DNA of 64,000 nt from NCBI GenBank assembly GCA_012295275.1, contig CM022665.1, positions 28,706,001 through 28,770,000 of the forward strand. The letters run 5' to 3'. A program made the translations under genes and the position numbers. Numbering within the stretch: position 1 is the first letter of the stretch; each line of letters opens with the position of its first letter. Under the pieces are notes generated by a model, which was given only the letters and a program-made list of their open reading frames with translations, was not told where the DNA came from and searched no databases. This document shows positions 25,532 to 37,996 of the stretch, piece after piece. Source of the DNA: Chrysomallon squamiferum (taxonomy: Eukaryota; Animalia; Mollusca).

Positions 25532-26275
25532 TTAGGAAGGAATATATCTACATGTGTCTTTATTCAGGAGTGGTCGCACTGGATACTTTAACACAATATT
25601 TGGCATTGGTGTTCCGTAGTTTGTTACCCAGTGTTTCGGTTTCTTTTTATCGTTTTCTTTTTTTTTTCTCTGAAATTCCATCTTCCATCTTTGCTCCCTG
25701 GCGGCAATCTGGAATTTCATCGGACATTTCAGTTTTCTTAATATAGACTTGTTTTTGAAGGTTTTGGTTTCCTTCAGAATCTTGACTATTTCATCCCACG
25801 TGGTCCATTTTGGGTCAGGCAGATCGGGACGAAAACCTATAGTATGATAAGTCTTAGGCCTGGTACATGGAAAGTAATGGCAGTTAGACCTCTTGCAAAA
25901 TTCCGAGTGTTTTGTATCTTCCGTAGCGGAGATCAGCTCCGGCAAATTAACGTTATCTTCTGGTAACAGTTTTTCCTTTGATTTCATTTGTTTTATAGGA
26001 ATACCGATATCTGTTTCCAGATGTGTAGTATCTCCTTCAAATTTCGGTTCAAGTTCTTTAAGCTGCAACTGGCGTAAATGTGCTTGTAAATCTTCAACCA
26101 TTTTCTCTGTTTCCTCAATATCAATATCGAATTTGAATGTTTTATTTTTATACTTTTCTGACATAGTCTCTAAATCAAAATTGAGCTGTTTTTCAGACAC
26201 GCGATTTCTCCACCACACTTTCTTGTATGACATGTTCTTGTCAGGAGCTTTTCTAACACCCGTGGTCTGCGGCAT
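25532..26275 (-). CDS. Uncharacterised basic 247-aa protein, single coding exon
   Basis: Longest ORF in the window, complex protein-like composition, higher GC than its flanks, preceded by an acceptor (T-tract-CAG|G at 26310/26309) 34 nt before the ATG; candidate UTR donors at ~26522 and ~26543. No domain recognised. Confidence 0.75.
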   Translation of the reverse strand: MPQTTGVRKAPDKNMSYKKVWWRNRVSEKQLNFDLETMSEKYKNKTFKFDIDIEETEKMVEDLQAHLRQLQLKELEPKFEGDTTHLETDIGIPIKQMKSKEKLLPEDNVNLPELISATEDTKHSEFCKRSNCHYFPCTRPKTYHTIGFRPDLPDPKWTTWDEIVKILKETKTFKNKSILRKLKCPMKFQIAAREQRWKMEFQRKKKENDKKKPKHWVTNYGTPMPNIVLKYPVRPLLNKDTCRYIPS

Positions 26276-26852
26276 AGTTACTTTTTGAAATCACAGATAT
26301 AAATATAGCCTGAAAAAAAAAAATTAAAAAATAAAATAAAATGGATATCTTTAAATGAAAAATCTTCATCAGATTGTTTAACATTAAATCGCAAATTATA
26401 TCTCCATACACTGAATTGGATTTAAATCATAAAATTCAGGAATAGTAAAGAAAATTCACGATTATAATCAATATTTTTCTGGCTATAGTAAAATACACAC
26501 ACGTTACTGACTTTTGAATACCTTTGAAAGCAAACGACATACCACGAACTGTATCAAGGTTGCATACACTTCTTAAAAGAAGAATATACTGCAGATTTTC
26601 TTTTCTAAGTCCATTCCGAAGGATAACTAGATACTGTCGACGTATTTGAAAAATATTACAAATAACTGTACTGGTGTTACTGAGTGTTCAGTAATTTACG
26701 CGAAATCAATCGGGGAATCAATAAGCATTACGGTGAACTGGCTAATAGCCACAGCTGCACAGAGACGGCATCAAAGAAATATGCTTAATAATCGGGCATG
26801 CTGGCTCAGTAATGTAAAGATATTTGCAAAACCCCACAACGCTGTTCTGTAT

Positions 26853-27161
26853 CAGTGTTTCCCAACGTGAGGCATTACGCCCCAGAGGCAGTTTGACTAT
26901 TCACGGATGCAGTTTGAATGTATTAAGAATAAAATTTTCGAAACCATTAATGTAGAAAGCCAAGAAATCCTTCCAGGCAAAATAAATAAATTATTAAATA
27001 AAATTTGACTTCTTTTATGATGTGTTAATAAGTTAGAATATTCTGGTCTAGCATACGCTCTGAATGTTTCCAGAAACTGGTTGGCTTTTACATCAAAGAG
27101 GACATTAAAATCTTTGAGGGGTTGAGGTTGGACATGGCCCCCAAAAAGTCGGGAATCACTG
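26853..27161. mobile_element. hAT/Charlie-like MITE remnant
   Basis: CAGTGTTTCCCAAC ... GTCGGGAATCACTG termini; 8-bp TSD not preserved. Confidence 0.6.
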
Positions 27162-29019
27162 CTCCATGCCATCAGTGATGATAAAACTGTATCTGGTTAA
27201 CGGGAATATGTTGTCCTCTTTTTAGCACAACATTTAATAGAAAAGGCTCATAAACATCTGAATTTTACGTGGATCTTAAGTTAACGTGAACCTTTGGCGG
27301 TACGAATAAATCATCTAAAAATTCTCTGTATTTACAAGTTATTTCTTTATATTGTTTGTATGACCTTTATTATGAATGTCAAAATATGGTAGTTAAATAA
27401 TGCGGTAACTAAACATCTGAACTTCGCAATTTTATCTTTAACAACGTAAGTCGAACGTCATCGCCTACCGGGCTAACTGGTTATACTTCAATATTAATTA
27501 AAACAGGACGGCAAGAAGTGAATAAAAAATAACTCAGAAATAAACAGAATACACTTAGACTATTTCATCGTATCATCAAAGGTACACTTTCAGCAAGTTT
27601 GGCCACCTTTGCATGATTCTCTGTCTCTCTCTGTATATATCGTACATAATTATTTATCTATCTTTTTGCCTGTCTCTCTGTCTGTCTGACTGTCTACCTA
27701 TTTATCTATCTATCTATCTAGTAAGTAAAAAAAATCTAAAACATTTACTATACCTGCTAAGTCGAGTTCAAATAAAGAAATTCACCGTCTTAATACTGTT
27801 AATAATAATACAATATTTGCAAAATATCCACAAAGAGAAAATAAACAATATACGTCATTCTGTTTCAATAACGTCACTATGTTGTCAACGTAGTTAAGTT
27901 TCCTTAGTTACGTTTGTCAAGAATCTTACAGAAGGAAGTAACTGGATGTGTGTGTGTGTGTGTGTGTGTGTGTTGTCTGTGTGTTTTAACTTTCCAGTAT
28001 AGTGATAGAAGTGAGTTATTATTATTATTATATTTTTTAACTTTAAGTCAGTGTTTTTATATTTGTACGGTGTCGGAAATTTATTTATGTTTAATTCAAA
28101 TTATTAACTTTGCTGTGTGTTATTTTCAGTGACGGACTCAGAAAAATATATTTTTCTTACATTTAAAGAAGAACATAAATTTATAATTTGTTTACATTTT
28201 CGCCATGGTGGCCTAGTTTTTAAAAATAAATAATTATTAAACACACAGTTCACCGGGGAAACATAGTTAGTTGTATCGTCTGCGGCTAGCGGGAAAGCAG
28301 CATAAATTATTTTTATTGGTTCTTGACAAAACGTATTTTTCTCTCTTTTCCCCAAAACATTGCATTTTTATAAAAACTAAAGCAATAGTGAGTGAGTTTA
28401 TTGTATTTTGAATTATGTGTAACACATACACACACATTATTAATTTTAAAATATTATTCTAATTCCAGAATATGTTAAAATTAATAAAAGAATAGGTCAG
28501 TATTCAAATTAAATCAATCAGAAATTGCCAGCTACCGACTGGCGACGATGTATGTTGTAAATGTTGACATTACACTGTACACTTGGGAAACTGCGTTTGA
28601 AATTTGTTTCAGTAGCAGAGATTAGTCCGTTGTTTTTAATGATATCTAGTTACCATGAGGTATTTATGGTACAACAATGATTTTTTATCTTCTTCAAATA
28701 CCTGATAGACATATTGATTTCATGAAAAAGACACCCGAATAGTACCGGTTTTTAGCTCCCGTGCTCGTTATTATAAATCATTTAAAGTACGATAACTCTA
28801 AAATGAGTATTATTACCCAAAGCCGCCAGCACTGGATTATAAAAACTGATAGAGATTTTACAAACTGGCTTCAGTATCACGAGACACTGGCTTTCAAGTT
28901 GTCAGTGCACTTGCATCTTTTGATTTTATTTCAACTTTCTATAATCCAGCAGTTAGTGAGATAGGTTGAATAAAAATACAGAAACATCCTGACTATATAA
29001 GAAGCGAAAATCAGTAAAA

Positions 29020-29883
29020 ATGCAAAAATCGCATCTTCTGAATATATTTTTCATGATCCTTGTCCTAATGAAAGGTGAGTTTGTATGTCTTGTAATTATT
29101 AATTTCTAACCAGGATTTTAAATGTTGGTTCAGTAGTTGTTATTATTGTTGCTATTTCTTTTTCTTTTGTTCTTTTTTGTTGTTTTGTGTAATATTTATT
29201 GACTTATTCGACAACCTGGCTGACTAAGAAGACTGATTTTTTTAAACATTGGTCTGAAAATCGATTTAAAACTATGTTTAAATTTTTGTTGTGTATCAGA
29301 ATTTATACTGATCAGAACGTATTTGTTACTAATCAGATACAAATAATCTGAGATAACTTCAGTCGTATTTTTAAAGTTATATTTACTCAAATTAGTATAT
29401 TCAAACAAGAACTTTAGAGAATTCTTATATTGTTTCCATGCGTATTAAATTACAAAAAACCTTTCGTTTCAATTAAATATTTATGTTTTCTCCATCTTAA
29501 TGTTTGAGGTTAATGTAAATTATATATATATATTGAATAGTACAGAATACGACTGGGTACATGAAAAGATAGACAGACCGACAGAGAGAGAGAGAGAGAC
29601 TGACAGACAGATACATTCTACTTAACTGCATAAAAAAGGAGAAAAGACAGAAGAGTGGAGAAAGGAACTAAATAAAATACAAAATTTCAACAGTGCTGAA
29701 TGCTTAATGTTAAATATAGTATTTTAATACCGTTTTGCACGACTCCCGATGACAGCTTTCATTTGGTCACAGTTTTTAAATATAAATCTACCTTTTCAGT
29801 ATGAGTATTCAGAATAAGGAAATATATTTGGTGACAAATTTCCTCACATACCTGTGCTTATTTAAACAGTGGGCATCTTTGTT

Positions 29884-29933
<50 letters not shown>

Positions 29934-30514
29934 TATTATTATTATTATTCAAATATTAACTGGAGAAAGAAAATAAAATGTTAACTTATTGGTGTGAGTT
30001 TTTCAAAAAGCTCCAATGGCGCGTTTATCTCCTACCAGCTACTTTTATTTCTGTTGTCACCTGTGACTCGCACGACGACATTTGCCATTCATTTTTGTTA
30101 CGTATTATAATATATTAAACAAAAATATGCGTTACAATCACTTAATTTGATGTAATAGTGTAAGAACTAATATAATATTCTTTGATATTTTGTTTAACTA
30201 CAAAACCTTTTAAGACATTTGTCTTTGCAGTCGAAGGTGCTTTGTTGCGAGTTCTTCTTTTACACAGCTATAGGCCTATACCTCAAATTTAGTGTTTTCG
30301 CTCTACATTTGTGTAAACATATAACGCACCCGTAGGGCGAAATCATCTAAGTATGTCGTAATTTCTGAAACTAAATACGTCTAATAGAGCTGAAAATGAA
30401 AAAGTCATGAAACGATATAACTTTTATCAAATGAATTTCGTTATTAATAAAGATAAATAAATAAATAAATAAATGAAAGAGAAAAAAGACATCGTTTAGT
30501 ATAAATGAGAGAAA

Positions 30515-30569
<55 letters not shown>

Positions 30570-31420
30570 TTAATAATAATAATAATAAAGTATTACGACG
30601 TCATGGCCGTAACTACATAGAGGCAAATGAGGGAAATGGCTCATACCGAAACAGACGATTTTATTAGTATTATTATTATTATTTATACAAAGATTTTATT
30701 TTAAAAATATAAAATATAAGTGGCTAGAATCAAGGATTATTCGTTTATTCATGTCAGAGCTTCGGGAAGCCTTAAGCGGCCCCAGACCCCGCGCCCAAAT
30801 TGTTTTGCCCCGCTTCGCTCGGCGATTAAGTGTTTTTGCCTCATTTCAAAGAGTCTAGTTACGGCCATGGACGTTGTCGCCAAGGTTACATATTTGCGTT
30901 TCGTGTTGAGAGAACAAAGTGTATTCAATCCTGTGATGTCATTCTGTACAGACTTTTCCCTGAGCGATCTGATTAATAGCCTGGTAATCATACTGTTGTG
31001 ATTTGCGGCTTTAGGGCAGGAAATTAGAAAATAATAGAGACATTTTTGAACTGCATGTATAATATAGCTATACATTCAATGAGAATAGAATGAATCATTT
31101 ATGTGTTTTTCAGTTCTCTGACATTTATATATCAAAACGACATACATGCTATACTGTGCGTGTGTGCGTTTTTTTCGTTTTTTTTTCTTGTTAAACAGTT
31201 ATTGCAACTCTGTTCGGCGAAAGATCGTGTATGCTTAATTCGAACATAAAGAATTTCCGTCAAAACTGGTTTTATTTGACCGTTTATCATCTAAAATGGT
31301 TTGATAAAAAATAAAAAAAATAAAAACATCATTGTTTTATCATTTTTGAAGGTAAACAATTTTTCCTAGGGAAATTAAGTAATTTGTGTTCATCTCTAAC
31401 TCAGAGAAATGGAGACAAAC

Positions 31421-31513
<93 letters not shown>

Positions 31514-34500
31514 TTATAAACAAATTAACTGCATGCCATATTATTCAACACAAATATTACAGTTAGCTGTTACTAAATTATTGCCGTGAAAATCGATACA
31601 GTTCAGTAGGCGGAATGAGGCGTGAAATTCGAGAACAGTACAGATTATATACCAACGGCCAAAAGAAACTTTACAGCAGTTTTAAATCATTCTAGTTGAA
31701 AAACGACAAATATATATATGAAGTAAAATGGAATGAAAAGATCGATAATAATGAACACTAAAAATGAAAAACTTGGAACTACCGATAATAACGTCGAGTT
31801 GGCCAGTGTAATCTGGGGTACGAAAATAAACGTTCAACTCCATGGAAAATAATATTATTATACAGACTAGAGCACAATGAGAATCACCAGTAACAAGTCA
31901 GACTGCCAGCTTGTGTTCAGCCTCTTGCCTCAATACACGCAACAGCTCTCCGAAGCATACATGATGTCATTCGTCGAATGATGTCGCATAAGATACGCTA
32001 CGTAGTCACTGTCTTTGGACGGCTCCAGTCATTTCTCATTGGCTAGAGAGTGTGAATGTTGTCGAGCACCACGATCCGGTAGTTCTACTGCGGATATGTG
32101 TGACGATCGGCCAACATTTACTCCATGAGCCCCGAGTTGCCTGGCCATTGCCTCTCGACTGACCCTATTTCACTTTCACATGGGACATTTTCTTTTGGCC
32201 GTGGGTATATAATTCTGTCTCGTTACAAAGCAGTAAATGGGAAATACTTTTACACAAATGTTGTCCTATGTGAACCAACCGAGGTTAATTATCCACGATA
32301 TAACACGTGTGGTAAAATCATTCTTCATGCTAAAGTAGGAAGAGAAACATAATCTTTGTGTCTTTTTCCAACAAAAACATTGTATTATATTTAGAAATCA
32401 GAAATATAATTGGTACATATTTTTCTTGTTAGAAATTCGTGTCATTCATATATATATATAGATAGATAGATAGATATGTGTGTATTTGTGTGTGTAGTAT
32501 ATATTATGTATATGTGTGTGTGTGTGTATATATATGTATGTATGTATACACACACACACACACACACCCCTATTAAGGATTGAGATAAATTAGGTATGTC
32601 CTCTTTGTTCTTGTGTTTATTATTATTATTATTATTATTATTAGTTTAATGAATATATCGAGCCGTGGGCCTCCAACAATTTCAGATAAATGACGGCTTT
32701 ACTGATTATACATTAATCCCTTTCTCACTCTATTGATTATTAAGTACGAAAAATATCACGAGAGAAAATCACGGACATAAACTTAGCACACAAAAAACAA
32801 AATCGATCTAACATGTTCGAGATATTTTGGTTTGGGCTGCTTTTGTTCAAGTCTGAAGACAATTGTATTTTGAAATAATCTAGAGAGTTGTCAAATATTT
32901 GAATAATCTGTTGTCACGGGAAAATCACGTTAATTGACAATGAATTTCTTTGTTTATAAAACAGAACGATTTTTATTTTAAACTTAATGTATAGAGAACA
33001 TTAAGATGTCTCTCTTTTTGAAAAGGATGTAGGAAATGACATCAATGTTTACCAAATCTAGAAACAGATATGCTTTATAAGAAAAGATTTTATTGAGTAA
33101 GTAGCTAAGTACGGTGGAACTCGGTTGCTAATTAATCATTTACGCACGTGCACATATGCACGCATACGTGCATACATGTGTGTATATTAGTACGTCTATG
33201 TATGTGTCTAGGATATATATATATATGTTTCATGCATGTTCCTTTATGAATTTTGTATGTGTATGTGTGTGTGCCTGAGTGTTTATTTGTGTATATGTAT
33301 GTGAATTCTGATGTCATAAACTGCAAGAATTAGTTTTACTTCCAAACCATTACTTTATTGTTTTATGCAGCCCATCATAGTTCATAACAAAGTATGACAG
33401 TAAAACAGCACTGTTATAGAACAATTAAACGCGGCCATTTAAATCATGACGTCATCAGGTACATGGCGAACCTGTATTTTTTTTCGACACACTAGAAGAA
33501 ACTTCAAAGCAATCGTGTCCGGCTTATACAAGATGACTTAACAAAGCTACTGAAAAATGGCAACGTCTAGATTTTTAAAATTATATTTCTTTATTATTAA
33601 AAAACAACAACAACAATAACAAAAACAAAACCAAAAAAAAAAAAAAAAAAAAAATAATAATAATAATAATAAAAAATAAAAATAAATAAAAAATAAATAA
33701 ACAAACAAACAAAACAAACAATAACTTGGAAGTATTCATAATATATTTAGAATCTTTCTTCGTATCACTGGTTTGTAATATGGCAACAGTACATTGGATT
33801 TGGTGTCTTTTAACATATCAAATACAGTACAAACCAACAATTTGAAACTTTATACTAACATGCTGGTTATGTTCTCATCTTTGTACAATCATTATATATA
33901 ACCCATTCAGAGTAACAATTCAGAGCGGTTTCATGTTCATGTCATAAAAGATAAGTAGCTGTTCATATTATCGATCAAGTTATTCTTAACTGAGATATGT
34001 TATATATGACAAAACTAAATCGATTGTAAGTAAGATATACTTAAGAGGTAATGTCATGCAGTAATGACCTTTTTAAATAAATAAATACGAAAGTTTAACT
34101 TTTTTCTTCTAAGTCTTCATTGAATTGTCAACAAAGAAACTTAAGGAAAAAATGCAACAAACAATCGTAACCTGGTCATATATACTTCTTTTTGAGGGAG
34201 GGGGGTTAGTTTTGTAACGTGTGGCACATTTATTTATATAATTTTTTCTAATTATTTTTGAGGAATTACATTTCCAGAATTTTAACAGGAAAATTGTAGC
34301 AAGTTTTATTTCAAATACTTATAGTGTATTTTTCAACAATATCGAAAGACAGGCGTAAGTCTCCTTGGTTAAGCACTTAGACAAATATGGTGTTTAGCAG
34401 TCAGCGAAGTAATGAATCTAACAATTCAGAGCGGTTTCATGTTTATGTCATAAAAGATAAGTAGCTGATAGATAAATTGTAATATTATTTTCAGTATCCT

Positions 34501-35148
34501 CTTTTAATTAAATATGATGATGAAATAGCGATTATTAATTTAAAATGGTATGATTTGAAAGGAAATAGCCGCTTCTCTGTAAATCTCTCTGTATTTAATT
34601 ATTTTATTCTATCGCATTTATACATTTTATACTGCCTGCAGTATCTTAAATTTTGAACTCAGCTTACGTGTCTCCGTTACTATATTGCGCATCACAAGTT
34701 AAGAACCGTTGGTTTATAACAGTCCTTTGAGCACCAAATCTCTTCAGAATAATTCGTTACAAACCGAACATTTAAAAAATAATAAAAATAATAATAATGG
34801 AAAAAAGCAAACAAAAACCCCTTCCATTAAAACAAATAACAAAAGACCCCCCAAAAGTGACATACACTGGCAAAATACAAATAAATAATTATAAATATAT
34901 TTTCAGGAAATGAAGCTGCTTCAAGGGGAGTTATATGTGCGCTAACTGACTCTAACGGCCCCCAAAGTTCGGAAGAACAGTTAAGAGAGAGCATGGACTG
35001 CGCTGTCAGCTGTCTGAATAACAACGTGACAAACTGCGCCGCCAAAGGCTTCGTCATGCTGTGGGATAACTCTGTCCACTGTTCTACAGATGGCACGACA
35101 GCAACGGGAACGTATGCCGACTACAGTTGCAAGGCTGCTAGTGCTTAA
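29020..35148 (+). CDS. Small secreted six-Cys PAN/apple-like protein, 98 aa, two coding exons
   Basis: Exon 1 29020-29074 (AAAAATG; MQKSHLLNIFFMILVLMK+G; donor AAG|GTGAGT, phase 1). Exon 2 34907-35148 (acceptor TATTTTCAG, phase 1, GC-rich): GNEAASRGVICALTDSNGPQSSEEQLRESMDCAVSCLNNNVTNCAAKGFVMLWDNSVHCSTDGTTATGTYADYSCKAASA*. Hydrophobic N-terminus, CAxxC..C..GF..C pattern, NVT sequon. Pairing of the exons across 5.8 kb is inferred from phase and signal peptide. Confidence 0.68.
30602..30869. mobile_element. MITE with CATGGCCGTAACTA TIRs
   Basis: CATGGCCGTAACTA..GAGGCAAATGAGG / TTGCCTCATTT..TAGTTACGGCCATG; flanked on both sides by GACGT. Confidence 0.7.
31425..31508. repeat. (TA)n(GA)n compound microsatellite
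   Basis: Direct reading. Confidence 0.95.
31652..32205 (-). mobile_element. Tc1-like internally deleted transposon
   Basis: TA|CCAACGGCCAAAAGAAA ... TTTCTTTTGGCCGTGGG|TA. Minus strand retains REAMARQLG (HTH-like) and IIRRMTSCMLRRAVACIEARG* (cf. Tc1 C-terminal SMPRRxxAVIxAxGG). Confidence 0.75.
33790..34470 (+). repeat. Dispersed repeat (second copy ~37780-38170) with a local ~49-bp direct duplication
   Basis: TTGAAACTTT..TGTTCTCATCYTTGTA..ATCATTAT..TAAGTAGYTGTTCATATTAT is shared with 37830-37950; TAACAATTCAGAGCGGTTTCATGTTYATGTCATAAAAGATAAGTAGCTG at ~33913 and ~34419. Confidence 0.7.
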
Positions 35149-35303
35149 AGCATAATTTTATTTTATAGTTCTTAAGATGTAATTTTTTTTTTAAGACAAC
35201 TGCTAAATATAGATTATTCAATTTTTTTTTTTTTTTTTTTTTTATCTTAAACAGTATAATGCTATTTAAGTATTTATTATTTGTGTTACTGATAAATCAT
35301 ATA

Positions 35304-35564
35304 CAGGGTGTCCGTAAAGTTAACATACAGTTATTTGTAATAAAGAAATTTCATGGTTAGACATAACAAAATTTCAGAAAATAAATGTATTACATCAGAT
35401 ATTGTAACAATATAAGTAATCAATTTATTTACTGTAGTTTGGAACGAATATACCAATTTTATAGAGTTGTTTTTAGTATGCCTATTTAATAGTGTTGTTT
35501 TTAGTATGCCTGTTTAATAGAGTTGTTTTCAGCAGAACTGTATACTAACTTTACTGACACACTG
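35304..35564. mobile_element. Mariner-type MITE containing a 28-bp internal tandem repeat
   Basis: TA|CAGGGTGTCCGTAAAGTTAACATACAGTT ... AACTGTATACTAACTTTACTGACACACTG|TA; internal unit ATAGAGTTGTTTTTAGTATGCCTATTTA, about 2.5 copies. Confidence 0.8.
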
Positions 35565-35795
35565 TATTTATTTTGTGTATTTATGCGATCACTTTTCTCG
35601 TTTGTTAAGCACATACAAACATACACGTTAGGCTGGCCATACTTCAGCTATCATGCGTCATCTCAAGCAGGATGTTAATTTGTGCTTTTGTTGGCCTGTC
35701 ATTCCCGCAGGTGTAAAAAGGAATATTACATTTTTTTTCAGTTCTTTATTTATACTGTATGAATACATGTATCATGTATGTAACATACACAATGT

Positions 35796-35834
<39 letters not shown>

Positions 35835-37318
35835 AAAAATTTAAATTCCCATAAAATAGCCCTCATTTAGTGACGTTTGACAACTCAACATTTCTAAGTG
35901 TATTTTGTATGTTTTACACATCTATATTATGACTCATTATTAAACATGTTTAACTTAGGTTAAAAATAATTGTCACCCATTTAAAAACAAAATCATTTTG
36001 GGGTTTTTGAACTATGGAAATGGCCAACCTAGCAAATGTACTTATTAATTCTATGAATTTATTTATTTATCTTATAACAGCACTTTCTGCATGTATAACG
36101 AAATTGGATTCAAAATCTGATTTAATACTATTAGATTTTCACCTTTTTAAAATTATATCTTGTGAGGTAGTTTTAAGGTAATTATTTGATCTACACATCC
36201 TCCTGTACAGTTCATAACTTGTCTTTCTAACACCACAAATAGTGCAGATTTAAAACATGATATACATACATTACAAATACATACATACATCCATACATAA
36301 TACATATGTAACATAAACACATACATTCATACATACAATAAATATTGCAATAAATATTGCAAGGTTAATTGTATAAATTCCTCAGTGCAGTGACACAAAC
36401 ACAATAAAAGCTGTATTAATATTATCATCGTTTATTCATTTACAAGTATATACTGGAATTCTGTTTAGGAGCACTGTACCAACTTGAATATTTATAGTGT
36501 AGATGAGTACATGACAATAATGATGATTTTGACGATGGTGTTGGTGATTATTATTATTATTATTATTATTTTTATGATCAATGGTAATTATCTAAAAATA
36601 GATTAATTATTTATCCGAAACCAGGTGAGTTAATTGTTTACTGGGAAATTTCCTTTCAAATTTCAAAATCTGCAAGTATAAACAAAATACAAACTAATAG
36701 TTTTTAAAATAAGTTATTTATTGGAACAAATTTGATACTGGACTGTATGATGGTGATTGTGTCTGTAGCCTAAAACTGAAATAGAAAATAAAAATTATTG
36801 CAAAAAAATGTCTGTTCAAAATGTAAAAGGTACTAATTATTTTATAGACAGATTTATTAAAATGAAACAGCTATTTTGATAAAGAAATATTTATTTAATT
36901 CAAATAAATAAATTAAAAAATAAAGCCTGTTTAAAGTCGTGCACACTAATAAAGGTTTCTAAAGAAAACGCCCCAAAACACCAACAAAACACCACCGTTA
37001 ATTCAAATGCTAAGATTGTTCTAATCTGCATGCTTATACAATGTGCTAATGATTAAAATATATATTTCTGTGGTGAATTAGAAACCAAAATATTTTATAA
37101 TACTCCGTCCATATTTACACCAACAGTAATAAAGCGTATTACTGCAAAACACCAGTCTCCTGTTGTTTTTGGTTTACGATGTTTAATTTCTTAACTGAGT
37201 GTATTAAATTAATGCAGCTGTCAAAAAAAAAAACACCCAAAATCCACATTTACCTGCAGCTAATATTCAAATAAAAACTGTACAAACTAATACTGATGCT
37301 CCTCACTTAACAACCTAC

Positions 37319-37628
37319 CTGTTTAATGATTGTGCAGACTCACGACTAGCTCTCAGAACGGTGGATACTGTATGCTGTATGAAAACCATGGTTGTGAAAA
37401 CAACAGTTTGGCATCTCAGTGCCAAACATCTCATTCCACATTCGGTTTCTCTTGTTCCTGCAGTTGGTCAGTATTCACTATACTAGTGTTTGCAATATTT
37501 TGTTTGTAAATTTTACTTTATTGTGCACCACATAGTACAAGATAGTACAATTTCTGCAGTATGTAAGAGGTATGCCAAAAACCCCATCAAAGTTACCTTC
37601 TTTATTCAGGAAAAATAAAAATGATTAC
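37319..37628 (-). pseudogene. Possible decayed PAN-like secreted mini-protein gene
   Basis: Donor CAG|GTAATC (37628/37627), 74-nt intron, acceptor CTGCAG (37554); then VLCGAQ*SKIYKQNIANTSIVNTDQL / TRETECGMRCLALRCQTVVF, with a 10-nt duplication, a stop and frameshifts. Confidence 0.3.
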
Positions 37629-37955
37629 CTGTATTTAAAGTATCCAAACCTAATAATAATCTATATTTACAGCATCCAAACCTAGGTAATATATATTTGA
37701 GTTGATTTCCTCTATTTTGCTTATTACAGCATACAGTACTACTGTATGAACACTGTCTGTCTGTCTGTCTATCTATCTATAGTCATGTTGGTGATTTTTA
37801 ACATAAAATGTAGTACAACTGCACTTAACTTGAAACTTTTATATTAATATAATGATACTTTGTTCTCATCCTTGTAAAATCATTATCTATAAATGGAAAC
37901 AATACATCATAAAACTTAAGTAGTTGTTCATATTATTGATTATGTTATTCTAAAT

Positions 37956-37996
<41 letters not shown>

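Noticed and set aside
25893-26288. 131-aa plus-strand ORF
   Set aside because: Antisense shadow of the 247-aa CDS.
33440-33452. ATGACGTCATCAG|GT as first exon of the Cys-rich gene
   Set aside because: Phase-compatible but gives no signal peptide and has a weaker donor; the 29020 exon fits better. It may instead be a CRE/YY1 site.
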